The notes below the pieces were generated by a model. The model was not told where the DNA came from. It searched no databases and saw only the letters and a list, made by a program, of their open reading frames with translations. DNA of 64,000 nucleotides. Origin: Myxococcota bacterium (GTDB lineage: Bacteria; Myxococcota_A; SURF-8). A program made the position numbers and the translations under genes. Below are positions 7,426 to 17,248 of the stretch, in pieces (positions within the stretch are counted from its first letter, which is position 1; every line of letters starts with the position of its first letter). The stretch is taken from positions 320,001 to 384,000 of the forward strand of contig CAXXQS010000002.1 of NCBI GenBank assembly GCA_963674735.2. Reading direction: 5' to 3'.

Positions 7426-9752
7426 GGACGATCATCCTTCGGCGGAGACGGCGGAGACGGCGGGAAGATCGCGAAGCCGCTGGGAAGGCGATCCGCCAGA
7501 TGCTTGGGCTTTTCTTTGGGACTCATCAGCCACAGGCAGGCGGGCAGATAGATCATGGTTCCCACCAGCGAGAAGATCACCGCCGCCGAGGTCAGCAGCC
7601 CGAAGTGTTTGATGGGGGGAAAATTGGAGAAACCGAAGCTGATGAAACCCGCCACGATCACGACCGTACTGACCACGATGGCGCGTCCGGTGACGATCAG
7701 CGAATACTGCAGCGAGTCTTCCAGGTCGGCCTTGGCATCGAGTTTTTCCATGAAATGCTGGAAGAAATGGATGGTGGCATCCACCGAAATACCCAATACC
7801 ACGGCGGCAATCATGATGGACCCGATATCGAGCTTGATGGACGCGAAGGTCATCAAGGTATACATGAGCAGGATGGCGAACAGGGAAGGCAAGAGCGAAA
7901 TCAGGGCATAGGTGATGCGCCGGATCACGACCACGAAAACGAAAAAGACCACGATCAGCGTGCTGCCGAAACTGGAGAGCAGCGTGTCGAGCAGGTAGAC
8001 GGTAATCTGGGAGGTCAGCGGAGCCATGCCGGTGAGCGTGAGTTGGACGTTTTCGAAGTCGGGGTTGGCCTCCACGAAATTCGACCAGACCCGGTTGAAC
8101 ATCTGGTTGAGCCGGGTGAACACGTGGAAGTCCACGCTTTTGGTAATCGCCGAAATACGCAGGGCATCGAATTCGGGCGACACGAAGTTGTTCCACATAT
8201 CCTGTTGCGACACCGCCATGATGTACTTGGAAATGGCGAAGTTGCTCTTCGGGAAATCGTCCTGCCCGTTCTCGATGAAGTTGGCCATGCGCAACATGGT
8301 GCTGGCCGACAACAGGCTCTGGACGTCGGGGGAGAGATTGACGGTGTGCTCGAAGGCCTGCAGACGGCGCAAGGAGTCGGGATTGCTGAACTGGCCTTTC
8401 TCGCCCTTGAGCATGACTTCCATGCTCAACAGCCCCATCAGGTTGTTCTCGACCCACACGGTGTCCTGATAGAGACGGTTTTCCTTGTCGAGATAGTTGA
8501 GCGTGTTGGTTTCGAACTGCATGCTGAAGAAGGAATGCAGCGCGAAGGCTCCCACCAGGGTCATGCTGAGCACCAGGCTTTTGCGCCACCAGTAGGTGTA
8601 GGTGGGAATACCCGCCAGGATGGGATCGAACATCTGCAGACCGACTTTGCTGTCCTGCTGGCCGGTGGGCGGCTTCAGCAGATCCATCAGCACCGGGAAG
8701 AGCGTGAAGCTGACGATGTAGCTGATGACCAGCCCGGCCGCCACGAACAAGCCCAGGTCGCGCACCGGCGTGACCGGCGAAAAGGCGAAGGAACCGAAAC
8801 CCACCGAGGTGGTGAACACCGAGTACCAGCAGGCGCGCCACTTGTGGGTCAAAACATCGGTGAGGTGTTCGCGGGTGGAAAGCTCGACGGGCTTGCGCAC
8901 GTACCCCGAGTACAGATGCACCACCGTCTCGATACTCACCACCATGACCATGGCGGGCAAGATACCCGAGACGAGCGTCAGCACCGACCCCGAGAGTTCC
9001 ACCATGGCGATGCAGAAGGCGATGGAGACCAGCATGGCGATCAACACCGCCAAAACGCCACGGAAGCTGCGGTATAGAAACCAGATAAAGCCCATGGAGA
9101 ACAACAACAGGATGGGCATGAAGATCAGGCCGATCTCGAAATTGGAGCGGTCGAACTCGTAATTGATGTAGGGCTGCCCCACCTTGCGCACGGCGATAAA
9201 GGGCGAATCGGAACTGTTTTCAAAGGGATCGAGAATGGCGTTGCAGGTTTCCACCACTTCGGTGCGCTGGGCCGGAGTTTTGGTTTTGAGTTGCAGGATG
9301 ATGGTGAAGGAGCGGTCGGGCAGCACCAGGCCCTGGTAGTTGAAAAAGGGCGTGGATAAGGTGAAATTGCGAAACTTTTCGCGCCAGCTCGGTTCGTGGG
9401 GATTGAACAGGGGCTGAATCTCGCGATACAGCGAAATCATCGAGCGCGAGTGAGCCAGGTAGGGTACCTTCTGCATCTGGCGCTCGATTTCGTCCACGGA
9501 CGTGAGGAAGCGCTCGGAATAGATGTCCTTGCCTTCCAGCGCGAACAGGATGAATTCGTCGGAGCCGAACACGCGCCGGAATTCCTCGAAGACCTCGCGC
9601 CCCTCGTCGCCGGGCACCACCATGCGGTCGAGCGAGTTGTCGGTCTGCACGCGCGCGGCGAAAATGGCGGCGGGAATCAGGAGCGCCACATACAAGCCCA
9701 AGACCACCCAGCGGTATTTGAACATGTTCGCGAAGAGACCTCGGACCATCAC
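7422..9752 (-). CDS. MMPL/RND family transporter
   Basis: Two repeats of a periplasmic loop plus TM bundle. GISVDATIH and TTSVGFGSF motifs. Confidence 0.88.
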   Translation of the reverse strand: MMVRGLFANMFKYRWVVLGLYVALLIPAAIFAARVQTDNSLDRMVVPGDEGREVFEEFRRVFGSDEFILFALEGKDIYSERFLTSVDEIERQMQKVPYLAHSRSMISLYREIQPLFNPHEPSWREKFRNFTLSTPFFNYQGLVLPDRSFTIILQLKTKTPAQRTEVVETCNAILDPFENSSDSPFIAVRKVGQPYINYEFDRSNFEIGLIFMPILLLFSMGFIWFLYRSFRGVLAVLIAMLVSIAFCIAMVELSGSVLTLVSGILPAMVMVVSIETVVHLYSGYVRKPVELSTREHLTDVLTHKWRACWYSVFTTSVGFGSFAFSPVTPVRDLGLFVAAGLVISYIVSFTLFPVLMDLLKPPTGQQDSKVGLQMFDPILAGIPTYTYWWRKSLVLSMTLVGAFALHSFFSMQFETNTLNYLDKENRLYQDTVWVENNLMGLLSMEVMLKGEKGQFSNPDSLRRLQAFEHTVNLSPDVQSLLSASTMLRMANFIENGQDDFPKSNFAISKYIMAVSQQDMWNNFVSPEFDALRISAITKSVDFHVFTRLNQMFNRVWSNFVEANPDFENVQLTLTGMAPLTSQITVYLLDTLLSSFGSTLIVVFFVFVVVIRRITYALISLLPSLFAILLMYTLMTFASIKLDIGSIMIAAVVLGISVDATIHFFQHFMEKLDAKADLEDSLQYSLIVTGRAIVVSTVVIVAGFISFGFSNFPPIKHFGLLTSAAVIFSLVGTMIYLPACLWLMSPKEKPKHLADRLPSGFAIFPPSPPSPPKDDRP

Positions 9753-10014
9753 ACCCTTCCTTCCCTATGATGCACCCCAAGCTAGCCAAGCCGGGGCCTG
9801 AAAGCAACCCTTTTTCGATGAACACCGGCCACGGGCCGAGTTGTCACCGCGCGAACCTATCAAACGAATGACACGTCAGTCTAGTCTTTTTTTCAGGAAG
9901 AAAGCCGCTTCGGCGAGGCAAAGGGAAAATGATGATGCCGTGAGCGGGTGGCCGAATTACCATAGAAGTGGGATGGGCAAGTGCTTTGCCATCATTTTCT
10001 TTGTTAGAGCAGGG

Positions 10015-10091
10015 GTAGGATGGGCAACTTGTTGCCCATCTTCCAGGAGTTAAGTCTGATATCGCGATGGGCAACAAGTTGCCCATCCTAC
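10015..10091. repeat. Inverted REP doublet (REPIN) of the GTAGGATGGGCAACTTGTTGCCCATC family
   Basis: Perfect inverted 26-mers at 10015-10040 and 10066-10091, with a degenerate copy at ~9968-9993. Confidence 0.9.
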
Positions 10092-10153
10092 TTTTCTATA
10101 AACAAAAAATCACTATATTCATTAATTATTTAGTGTTTATCATGTATTTTTTA

Positions 10154-10182
10154 TTGACATTCATGCTTATGATGCCTATATT
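10154..10182 (+). promoter_or_regulatory. Sigma70-type promoter
   Basis: TTGACA-N17-TATATT in AT-rich DNA upstream of 10228. Confidence 0.7.
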
Positions 10183-10227
10183 GGATTCAAGCGACCGGCT
10201 GGATCTCCAAAAAGGAGGCATTTTGCC

Positions 10228-10779
10228 ATGAATCAGAATTCACTGTTGACCAAACTGGAAAAAGGACTCCGCGTTTTATCGGGATTGGCTTTGCTCCTGA
10301 TCCTGTTTCAAGGGCTCGGCGTCCTCATGTATGTTCTGACCCTCTGGCCCGAAATGAGAGAGGTGCCATCAACGGGAGTCACCATTTTAGGGATCCTGGC
10401 TGTTACGGCCGCTCTCGTGAGATCCGTACTGTGGATACGGATCTACTGGAACGGCGCCGAGGTCATGTCCACCTTACGCAAGCACGGAGAATCGACCGAA
10501 TTACCGGACAGAATGGTCCCGATTCTCACGACACTAACACGACTGCTGGTCACAAGCTGCATCCTCGACATTCTTTTGCTTCCGGCCATCTTTCTGATGG
10601 ACACGTTCTTTCCCTTCAAAATTTCGAGTGTGCAACTTGGATTGGTCCAGTTGGCCATCCTGCTGTTACCCCAGGCTTTCGGTCTGGCTGCGCTTATCCT
10701 GGCTTACCTGGCCCACCAATATGGTCGGCTCATGAAGGAACGCTGCCAAATGAAAGAAGAACTGGAACTCACCGTTTAA
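10228..10779 (+). CDS. DUF2975-like membrane protein
   Basis: Four TM segments, C-terminal MKEELELTV, and the typical pairing with a downstream small HTH gene. Confidence 0.75.
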   Translation: MNQNSLLTKLEKGLRVLSGLALLLILFQGLGVLMYVLTLWPEMREVPSTGVTILGILAVTAALVRSVLWIRIYWNGAEVMSTLRKHGESTELPDRMVPILTTLTRLLVTSCILDILLLPAIFLMDTFFPFKISSVQLGLVQLAILLLPQAFGLAALILAYLAHQYGRLMKERCQMKEELELTV

Positions 10780-10789
10780 GGGTAATATC

Positions 10790-10999
10790 ATGCCAATCGT
10801 CGTCAACCTTGACGTGATGCTCGCCAAACGCAAGATGAAGCTCAGCGAGCTCTCGGAAATCGTCGGTATCTCAATACAAAATCTTTCCATCCTCAAAACC
10901 GGCAAGGCCAAAGCCATACGCTTTTCCACTCTCGAAGCGCTATGCCGCGCCCTGTCGTGCACCCCTGGCGATCTTCTGGAATATCAATCGAAGGAATAG
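10790..10999 (+). CDS. XRE/Cro-CI family HTH regulator (YozG-like)
   Basis: MPIVVNLDVMLAKRKM...NLSILKTGKAKAIRFSTL...PGDLLEY. Confidence 0.92.
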   Translation: MPIVVNLDVMLAKRKMKLSELSEIVGISIQNLSILKTGKAKAIRFSTLEALCRALSCTPGDLLEYQSKE

Positions 11000-11105
11000 A
11001 ACGGCATGTGCCTTTCCCGGTTCGTGGCGGATGTGGAGCTTGGATAAACGAGGCGGGCTGGTGGGCGAGCTATCGCCAGATGATAACCGACATCGATCCA
11101 ACGTG

Positions 11106-11852
11106 TCAGCGCGAGCGTTCGACACCGACGCGTCGGCAGTGCGGCGCGAGGCGGCAGCGGCTGCACCAGGGGGAGATGGGAACGCACAGGTTCTGGCCGT
11201 AGGCCACCAGCCAGTCGTTGATGGGAATCCAGTAGCGCTCGGGCAGGATATCCCGCAGCACCTGCTCGGTTTCGTCGGGCGTTTTCGTTTCGACGTAGCC
11301 CCAGCGGTTGGTGATGCGGTGCACGTGCGTATCGACACAGATCCCCGGCAACGCGAAGCCCAGGGTGCGCACCAGGTTGGCCGTCTTGCGGCCCACACCG
11401 GGAAAGCCGACCAGCGTCTCGATTTCGGTGGGCACGCGCCCTTCGAAATCCGCCACCAGCCGCGCGCAGACCGCCAGAATATTTTTCGCCTTGGTTTTGT
11501 AAAACCCGGCCGGATAGATGGCCGCGGCGATGTCGTCTTCCGCAAGCTTCAGCATGGCGGCGGGCGTATCGGCCAAGTCGTAGAGACGCTCGGAAGCCGT
11601 CCGCGTGACGTCGTCTTTGGTGCGCAGGGAAATCATGGTGGAGATCAGCACCTTGAAAGGGTCGCGGCGCGTCTGGATCTGTTCGGTGACCAGGGGCAGG
11701 CGGTAGGCACGGCAGGCCTCGTCGAGCAGGGCGGCGACGTCATCGATAGGGAAATCGGCATGCCCGCGCGGACGAACGAGAGCTTTTTTGCGCGACTTGG
11801 CGGCTTTCGGCTTCCGGCCCGCCGGGGGCTTCTTCGCCGCCTTCACGCTCAC
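11106..11852 (-). CDS. nth: Endonuclease III (HhH-GPD DNA glycosylase)
   Basis: PGVGRKTAN, VDTHVHR and C-terminal CX6CX2CX5C Fe-S motif. Confidence 0.93.
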   Translation of the reverse strand: MSVKAAKKPPAGRKPKAAKSRKKALVRPRGHADFPIDDVAALLDEACRAYRLPLVTEQIQTRRDPFKVLISTMISLRTKDDVTRTASERLYDLADTPAAMLKLAEDDIAAAIYPAGFYKTKAKNILAVCARLVADFEGRVPTEIETLVGFPGVGRKTANLVRTLGFALPGICVDTHVHRITNRWGYVETKTPDETEQVLRDILPERYWIPINDWLVAYGQNLCVPISPWCSRCRLAPHCRRVGVERSR

Positions 11853-12871
11853 GCCTTTTTCAGGGCTTTATAACTGCGCCGCACCGTCGCCATGCGACGC
11901 ACACCGGCTTTGCCGTGCAGCATGTCGAGGGCGAAGAACACCGCACCCAAAACCGGATCGTCCTTGAGCTTCACCACCTTCGCATTGGGATAGCGGCGCG
12001 CCAGTCCGGCGCGGATCATCTCTTCGTAAACCGCCGGTTTGGACTTCTGCAGGATGGAGCCGCCCAGCACCACCGGGATGACATCGTCTTTTTTGAACAG
12101 GCGGCGGCAGGCGGTGAGGGTGTTGAGCGTCAGTTCCTTGCCCACGCTTTTCAAAATGCCCTGCGCGACACGGTCGCCTGCGGCGGCGCATTCGAACACC
12201 AGCGGGGCGAACGCGCCGATTTCCACCGGGCGGTAGTCGTCCAGATAGAAAAAGGCGATGATGTCCACCAAGTCGGTCAATCCCAGCGCTCGGCACAGAC
12301 GGTCGTACAGCATCGTTTGCGGACCGCGTCCGTCGTAGGCGCGCATGGCGGCGATGATGGCCCGCTCGACCAGATCTTCGCCGCTGCCCGAATCGCCGGT
12401 GAAGCGTCCCAGCCCGCCGACCTTGGCCTGCTTGCCCTCGGCGTTGAAGCCGATGCAGTTGGAACCGGTGCCGCAGATGAGCGCTACGCCCACGCCGTCG
12501 GAAGTTCCGGCGCGCAGGGCGATGGTGGTATCGTTGGCCAGCAGCCAGTGACCCGCCGGATTGTGGGGCAACACGTATTCGGACACGGTATCGAAGTCCG
12601 CCTCGCGGTCGGCCCCGGAAACACCGTAAGCGCCGGTGGCCACCTGATCGGCCGAAATTCCGGCCTGCTTCAAGGCCTGGACGATGGCTTTTTCGACCTC
12701 CTGCCCGGCCGCGCCCACTCCCACACCCTGGAAATTGGTAGCGCCGGAATCCCCCACGCCGACGACCGTGCCGTCGGCTTGCGCGATCACGCAGATCGAT
12801 TTGGTTCCGCCGCCGTCGAATCCCAACACATACTCACCCTGGACGGGCGTCGCACTTTGCTTTTTTTTCAT
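11849..12871 (-). CDS. BadF/BadG/BcrA/BcrD-type ATPase, GlcNAc/amino-sugar kinase-like
   Basis: GFDGGGTKS, ND, ICGTGS and GDSGSG motifs. Confidence 0.85.
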   Translation of the reverse strand: MKKKQSATPVQGEYVLGFDGGGTKSICVIAQADGTVVGVGDSGATNFQGVGVGAAGQEVEKAIVQALKQAGISADQVATGAYGVSGADREADFDTVSEYVLPHNPAGHWLLANDTTIALRAGTSDGVGVALICGTGSNCIGFNAEGKQAKVGGLGRFTGDSGSGEDLVERAIIAAMRAYDGRGPQTMLYDRLCRALGLTDLVDIIAFFYLDDYRPVEIGAFAPLVFECAAAGDRVAQGILKSVGKELTLNTLTACRRLFKKDDVIPVVLGGSILQKSKPAVYEEMIRAGLARRYPNAKVVKLKDDPVLGAVFFALDMLHGKAGVRRMATVRRSYKALKKA

Positions 12872-12876
12872 GTTTT

Positions 12877-13359
12877 TCAGACAACTTCCAAGATCAGTTC
12901 GTCGTTGGCATAAACCCCTTCACCCTCCACATAAGCCATCCCGTCGTGGTTGGTGGCTAAATAGGTGATCAAGGCGTCGGTCAAGGTGCGGCCGTCGTCG
13001 CCGAAATCCTCCAAAACGGGGAGGGTGATGACGAAGGTCGCGGATTTCATGTGCTTGATGACACGACCGGCATCGCCCGTGTCGATCTCTTCGGCCAACT
13101 CAAGCAATTCATCCCGCATTTCGGCGAATTCGTCCCCCTCGTCGTCGCGCCAGCACTCCATCACGATCGGTTCCGGTTCCGAATTGAGCAGCAGGTTGGT
13201 CTCGTTCCAACTGGGGTTGGCGGCCTCGAAGCTTTCGTCGTCCTCTTCCTCTTCTTCATCGGGCCGCACATCGAAGCCCTCCTCGGAGAAAAAGACAAGC
13301 AGATCCTTGATCGTGGGGGGTGGGTCTTCGCGGCAAAATATCCGAACATGCTCAGCCAT
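12877..13359 (-). CDS. Highly acidic hypothetical protein
   Basis: RBS (GAGGGAG) and operon position. Contains a poly-E/D tract. Confidence 0.7.
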   Translation of the reverse strand: MAEHVRIFCREDPPPTIKDLLVFFSEEGFDVRPDEEEEEDDESFEAANPSWNETNLLLNSEPEPIVMECWRDDEGDEFAEMRDELLELAEEIDTGDAGRVIKHMKSATFVITLPVLEDFGDDGRTLTDALITYLATNHDGMAYVEGEGVYANDELILEVV

Positions 13360-13435
13360 GGTCTCCCTCTTGATGATACGAGTCGCCTTTCATTCCGCTC
13401 CGGACATACCGGCGCGGCGTGAAGGTTTGGTTTCG

Positions 13436-14623
13436 CTAAAGATCGTGCCGGGGCGACAACCACAGATCGACCGGTGTTTCCACATCGGGCCGGAACGGCA
13501 GTTCGACCCGCCGACCGGTGCCCGCCGAATGATAGGCCGCCAGCATGATTTCCAAAACGGCATCGCCGTCGGCCGCCGACTCCAGCGGTGTGCCGCCGTG
13601 ACGGATGCAGTCGAGGAAATTGCGCATTTCCTGCGGGTAGCCGTTGTTCCACAACCACTCGAAGTCGGGGTCGCTCCAGCCGCACGACTCGGAACCGCTC
13701 ACCTGCGCCCGGTTGTGCGACATTTCTGGAAAGCCCTTTTCGGAATAAGCCTTGAGCCCCATCCCGGTCAACAGGTCGCCGTAGAGCACGCCCTCGGTAC
13801 CGTAAACCTCGGCGGTGGAGGCCATGCCGCCCTTGAGCGCCCAACTCGATTCGACATGCGCCAGCGTGCCGTCGGTGAACTCCAAGGTCAGGATGACGTG
13901 ATCCTCGACTTCCGCCCAGGTGTGCAGGTACTTACCGCAGTGGGCCATCACGGATTTCACCGGTTTTTTGTTCATGAACCAGCGGCAGAATTCGATGGCG
14001 TGACAGCCCATGTCCATCAGGATGCCGCCGCCCGCGCCCTCGCGCGTCCAGAACCAGGGCGAGTAGGGTCCGGCGTGCTTCTCGCACTGCTTGACCATAT
14101 ACACCTGACCGATCCCGCCCGCGTCGGCAATCTGCTTCATGCGCACGAACTTGGGAATGTAGCACAGCTCCTCGGCGTAGCCGACCACCAGCCCGTTCGT
14201 CTTCGCCAGATCGGCGATTTCCTCGGCGTCGGCCAGCGTGAGGCACAGGGGCTTCTCGATAATGACGTGCTTGCCCGCGCGCAGGGCGTCTTTGGCCAGG
14301 GGCGCATGCAGACGGTTGGGCACCGCCACCGTCACCGCGTCGATGTCCTGGCGTTTGAGCATCCCTTTGTGGGTTTTGTAGTAGTTCGGAATCGGGCGCT
14401 CTTGGACGAATTCCTTGTGGCGCGCGGTATCGGGGTCGGCCTGCGCCACCACCTCGCAACCGCCGATCGCCTGAAAGGCGTCGTAATGCACGGTGCTGAT
14501 CCAGCCCGCGCCGATCAATCCGATGCGTAAGGGTCGGTCACTCGCCGACACCTTCGCTGCGGACTTGCCGCTACGTCTCTTCTTCGGCGCGCCTTTACGG
14601 GCGGCCGCGGTCCCCGTGGCCAT
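13436..14623 (-). CDS. Gfo/Idh/MocA family oxidoreductase
   Basis: GLIGAGWIS, HVIIEKP and GGGILMDMGCH motifs. The start is uncertain (14623 or 14662). Confidence 0.92.
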   Translation of the reverse strand: MATGTAAARKGAPKKRRSGKSAAKVSASDRPLRIGLIGAGWISTVHYDAFQAIGGCEVVAQADPDTARHKEFVQERPIPNYYKTHKGMLKRQDIDAVTVAVPNRLHAPLAKDALRAGKHVIIEKPLCLTLADAEEIADLAKTNGLVVGYAEELCYIPKFVRMKQIADAGGIGQVYMVKQCEKHAGPYSPWFWTREGAGGGILMDMGCHAIEFCRWFMNKKPVKSVMAHCGKYLHTWAEVEDHVILTLEFTDGTLAHVESSWALKGGMASTAEVYGTEGVLYGDLLTGMGLKAYSEKGFPEMSHNRAQVSGSESCGWSDPDFEWLWNNGYPQEMRNFLDCIRHGGTPLESAADGDAVLEIMLAAYHSAGTGRRVELPFRPDVETPVDLWLSPRHDL

Positions 14624-14735
14624 GGGTGCTTCTCGCTTTCGGTCTGAGTCCATCCTCTGCAAAGCCGTCCGGCTCCGCTCCCCTGAGATTGGCGGAATGC
14701 CGGACGGCTGTCAAGAATGTTTTTGGGGGAAATGC

Positions 14736-15977
14736 TTACAGCAGGTCGTCCACGTTTTTCTGAATTTTTTTAACGGCCCGCGCAATGTCGAGCACATCGC
14801 TCTTCGTTCCCATCAAATAGGGATAGTGCAACCAGACGGCTTCGTCGTAGGCGGCCTTGTGCGCCACCGGGGTATCGGCCGATTTGAAGGTAATCCCTTT
14901 TTTGTAGCGTTTTTTCAGTTGCGGGAAATCGGACATCCGCGGGTCGAAAATAGGACGCTCGTGGATCGGCTCGTAAAAATCGCCGTCGGCCATGATGCCC
15001 TCCGCCGCCAAGGCTTCCAGGAAGCGGTCGCGGTGCAGGCCCTTGAACCCGGCCGGGTCGTATTTGAAAACATACTGGTAGTGCGCGGAAACGGTCGTGC
15101 GTTTGTCGGGCCGGATAACGCCGATGCCCTCGATGGCCGCCAGCGCCTCGGTGAGCGCCGCCGCGTTCTTGGCGCGTTTTTGGGTGAAAGCCGGAAGCTT
15201 GTCCAACTGGGCGATCAGCACCCCCGCCTGAAATTCGCTGAGGCGGTAGTTGTTGCCGAAAACCGTGCCCTTGAAGGAATCGTAGCCCCACTCCTTGCGT
15301 CCGCAGTTGACGATGGACTGGGTTTTCTCTTCCAACTCCTTCTTGTTCATGATCAGGGCCCCGCCCTCACCCGAGGTCATGAGTTTGGAAGACTGGAAGG
15401 AGAAGGAGCCGAAATCGCCGTGGCTGCCGACGCCTTTGCCGCGCCACTTGGCCCCGTGGGCATGGGCGCAATCTTCGATCAACAGCAGATCGTGTTTTTT
15501 GCAGATCCGCTTCAGGCGGTCGAGATCGGCGATCGAACTGGCCAGATGAACCGGAATGACGGCGCGGGTGCGCGGCGTGATGGCCGCCTCCACTGCGTCG
15601 CAATCGAGGGTGTAGTTTTGCGGTGTCACGTCCACGAAGACCGGAACGGCGTTGACGTAGACGGCGCAACCGGCTGTCGCCAGCCAGGTGTAACTGGGGA
15701 CGATCACTTCGTCACCGGCCGTCACGCCGCCCGCCCGCAACGCCACTTCGAGAGTGACGGAGCCGTTGGCGAGGCAAACGCCGTATTTGGCATCGTGGGC
15801 CGCGGCGAAACGGCGCGCAAACTCACCCGCTTTGACATTGGGCGACGGATACCCGCCCCAATTTTGGCTGTGTAGAACCTCCAAAAGCTGGGTTTCCTCG
15901 CGTTTGTCGTAAGGGGGCCAGCTCGGATACGGCTTGCTGCGTAACGGTTTTCCACCCTTAAGTGCGAGTTTCGACAT
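14736..15977 (-). CDS. DegT/DnrJ/EryC1/StrS PLP aminotransferase (RifK/BtrR-like)
   Basis: IEDCAHAHGA, FSFQSSKLMTSGEGG (PLP Lys) and GNNYRLSEFQA motifs. Confidence 0.92.
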   Translation of the reverse strand: MSKLALKGGKPLRSKPYPSWPPYDKREETQLLEVLHSQNWGGYPSPNVKAGEFARRFAAAHDAKYGVCLANGSVTLEVALRAGGVTAGDEVIVPSYTWLATAGCAVYVNAVPVFVDVTPQNYTLDCDAVEAAITPRTRAVIPVHLASSIADLDRLKRICKKHDLLLIEDCAHAHGAKWRGKGVGSHGDFGSFSFQSSKLMTSGEGGALIMNKKELEEKTQSIVNCGRKEWGYDSFKGTVFGNNYRLSEFQAGVLIAQLDKLPAFTQKRAKNAAALTEALAAIEGIGVIRPDKRTTVSAHYQYVFKYDPAGFKGLHRDRFLEALAAEGIMADGDFYEPIHERPIFDPRMSDFPQLKKRYKKGITFKSADTPVAHKAAYDEAVWLHYPYLMGTKSDVLDIARAVKKIQKNVDDLL

Positions 15978-16202
15978 GCCCTCTCTCCTTTGTCTACGGG
16001 GTTACAACGTGTTCCCAATGCGTCATCAACGTTGGCGAGATGCTAACGAAAGGCGGCGCAAAACGCAAGTTCCTTTTTGTTTACAACGTGTTGGGAAAAT
16101 AATATTTTTTTTCAACTCGTTCTTGCGTTTGCGCGGTTCCTTTCCTAAAATGGGTCCGGCCACTTGTGGGGCCCGAACCGCATGCCTGCGAGGTAAGCAT
16201 AC

Positions 16203-17051
16203 ATGGCGACGTCGAAAATCAGTCTATCCACGCTCATGCGCAAAAAAGCGGACGGCAGCAAGATTACGATGCTGACCGCTTACGACGCTCCCACCGCGCG
16301 CGCCCTCGACGCCGCCGGCATCGACTGCCTGCTGATCGGCGATTCCGCCGCCAATGTGGTGCTGGGTTATAAAGACACGCTGCCGGTCAGCATGGACGAA
16401 ATGATCATGCTCTCCGCCGCCGTGGTGCGTGGAACGCAAAATGCTTACGTGATCGGCGACATGCCGTTCATGTCCTATAACGTCACCATCCCCGAGGCGA
16501 TCCGCAACGCCGGGCGCTTCATGAAAGAGGCCGGAACCGAAGCGGTCAAGCTCGAAGGTGGCGGCCATGTGGCCGATACGCTGCAGGCGATCGTGAAAGC
16601 CGGAATCCCCGTCGTCGGTCACCTGGGCTTGACGCCCCAGACCGCAGGCCTGATCGGGGGATATCGCGTCCAGGGCCGCACGGCCGATATCGCGATCCGG
16701 ATCGTCAAAGATGCTGAACGGCTTCAGGATGCTGGAGCCTGTATGTTGGTTTTGGAATGCGTGCCCGACCGTCTCGCCGAATTGATTTCCAAACGCCTTG
16801 CCATCCCGGTTATCGGGATCGGGGCGGGATCCGGCTGTGACGGACAGGTGCTGGTCGTACATGATCTTCTGGGAATCCGGGCGGGATTCTCCCCGAAGTT
16901 CGTCAAGTCCTATGCGTCCCTGGGCGACCGGATGCAGCAGGCGGCCGACCAATACCGCCAAGAGGTGGAAGCGCAAAGCTTTCCGGCCTCGGAACACGCA
17001 TTTGAAATGGAGGATGCTGAGCTCCGCGCTCTATTGGATATGCTGAAATAG
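16203..17051 (+). CDS. panB: 3-methyl-2-oxobutanoate hydroxymethyltransferase
   Basis: MLTAYD, LIGDS, DMPFMSY, VKLEGG, GHLGLTPQ and GIGAG..CDGQVLV motifs. Confidence 0.97.
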   Translation: MATSKISLSTLMRKKADGSKITMLTAYDAPTARALDAAGIDCLLIGDSAANVVLGYKDTLPVSMDEMIMLSAAVVRGTQNAYVIGDMPFMSYNVTIPEAIRNAGRFMKEAGTEAVKLEGGGHVADTLQAIVKAGIPVVGHLGLTPQTAGLIGGYRVQGRTADIAIRIVKDAERLQDAGACMLVLECVPDRLAELISKRLAIPVIGIGAGSGCDGQVLVVHDLLGIRAGFSPKFVKSYASLGDRMQQAADQYRQEVEAQSFPASEHAFEMEDAELRALLDMLK

Positions 17052-17248
17052 TTAAATCGCAACCGTTCGTATTCGTTGCTCAAGCGCGTGGTGCGAGGGA
17101 GGACGTCGGCTGAAGGACTTTTTGAAGCTGACAACCATCCTTGACAACCTCTGAGTTTCGCGATAGCGAGGAAGAGGGCTTTGTTGCGTCCGCAGCGGAG
17201 AATGGTGCAATGAGTGCGTAATCCTATCTGAAAACAAGGACTTATTGA

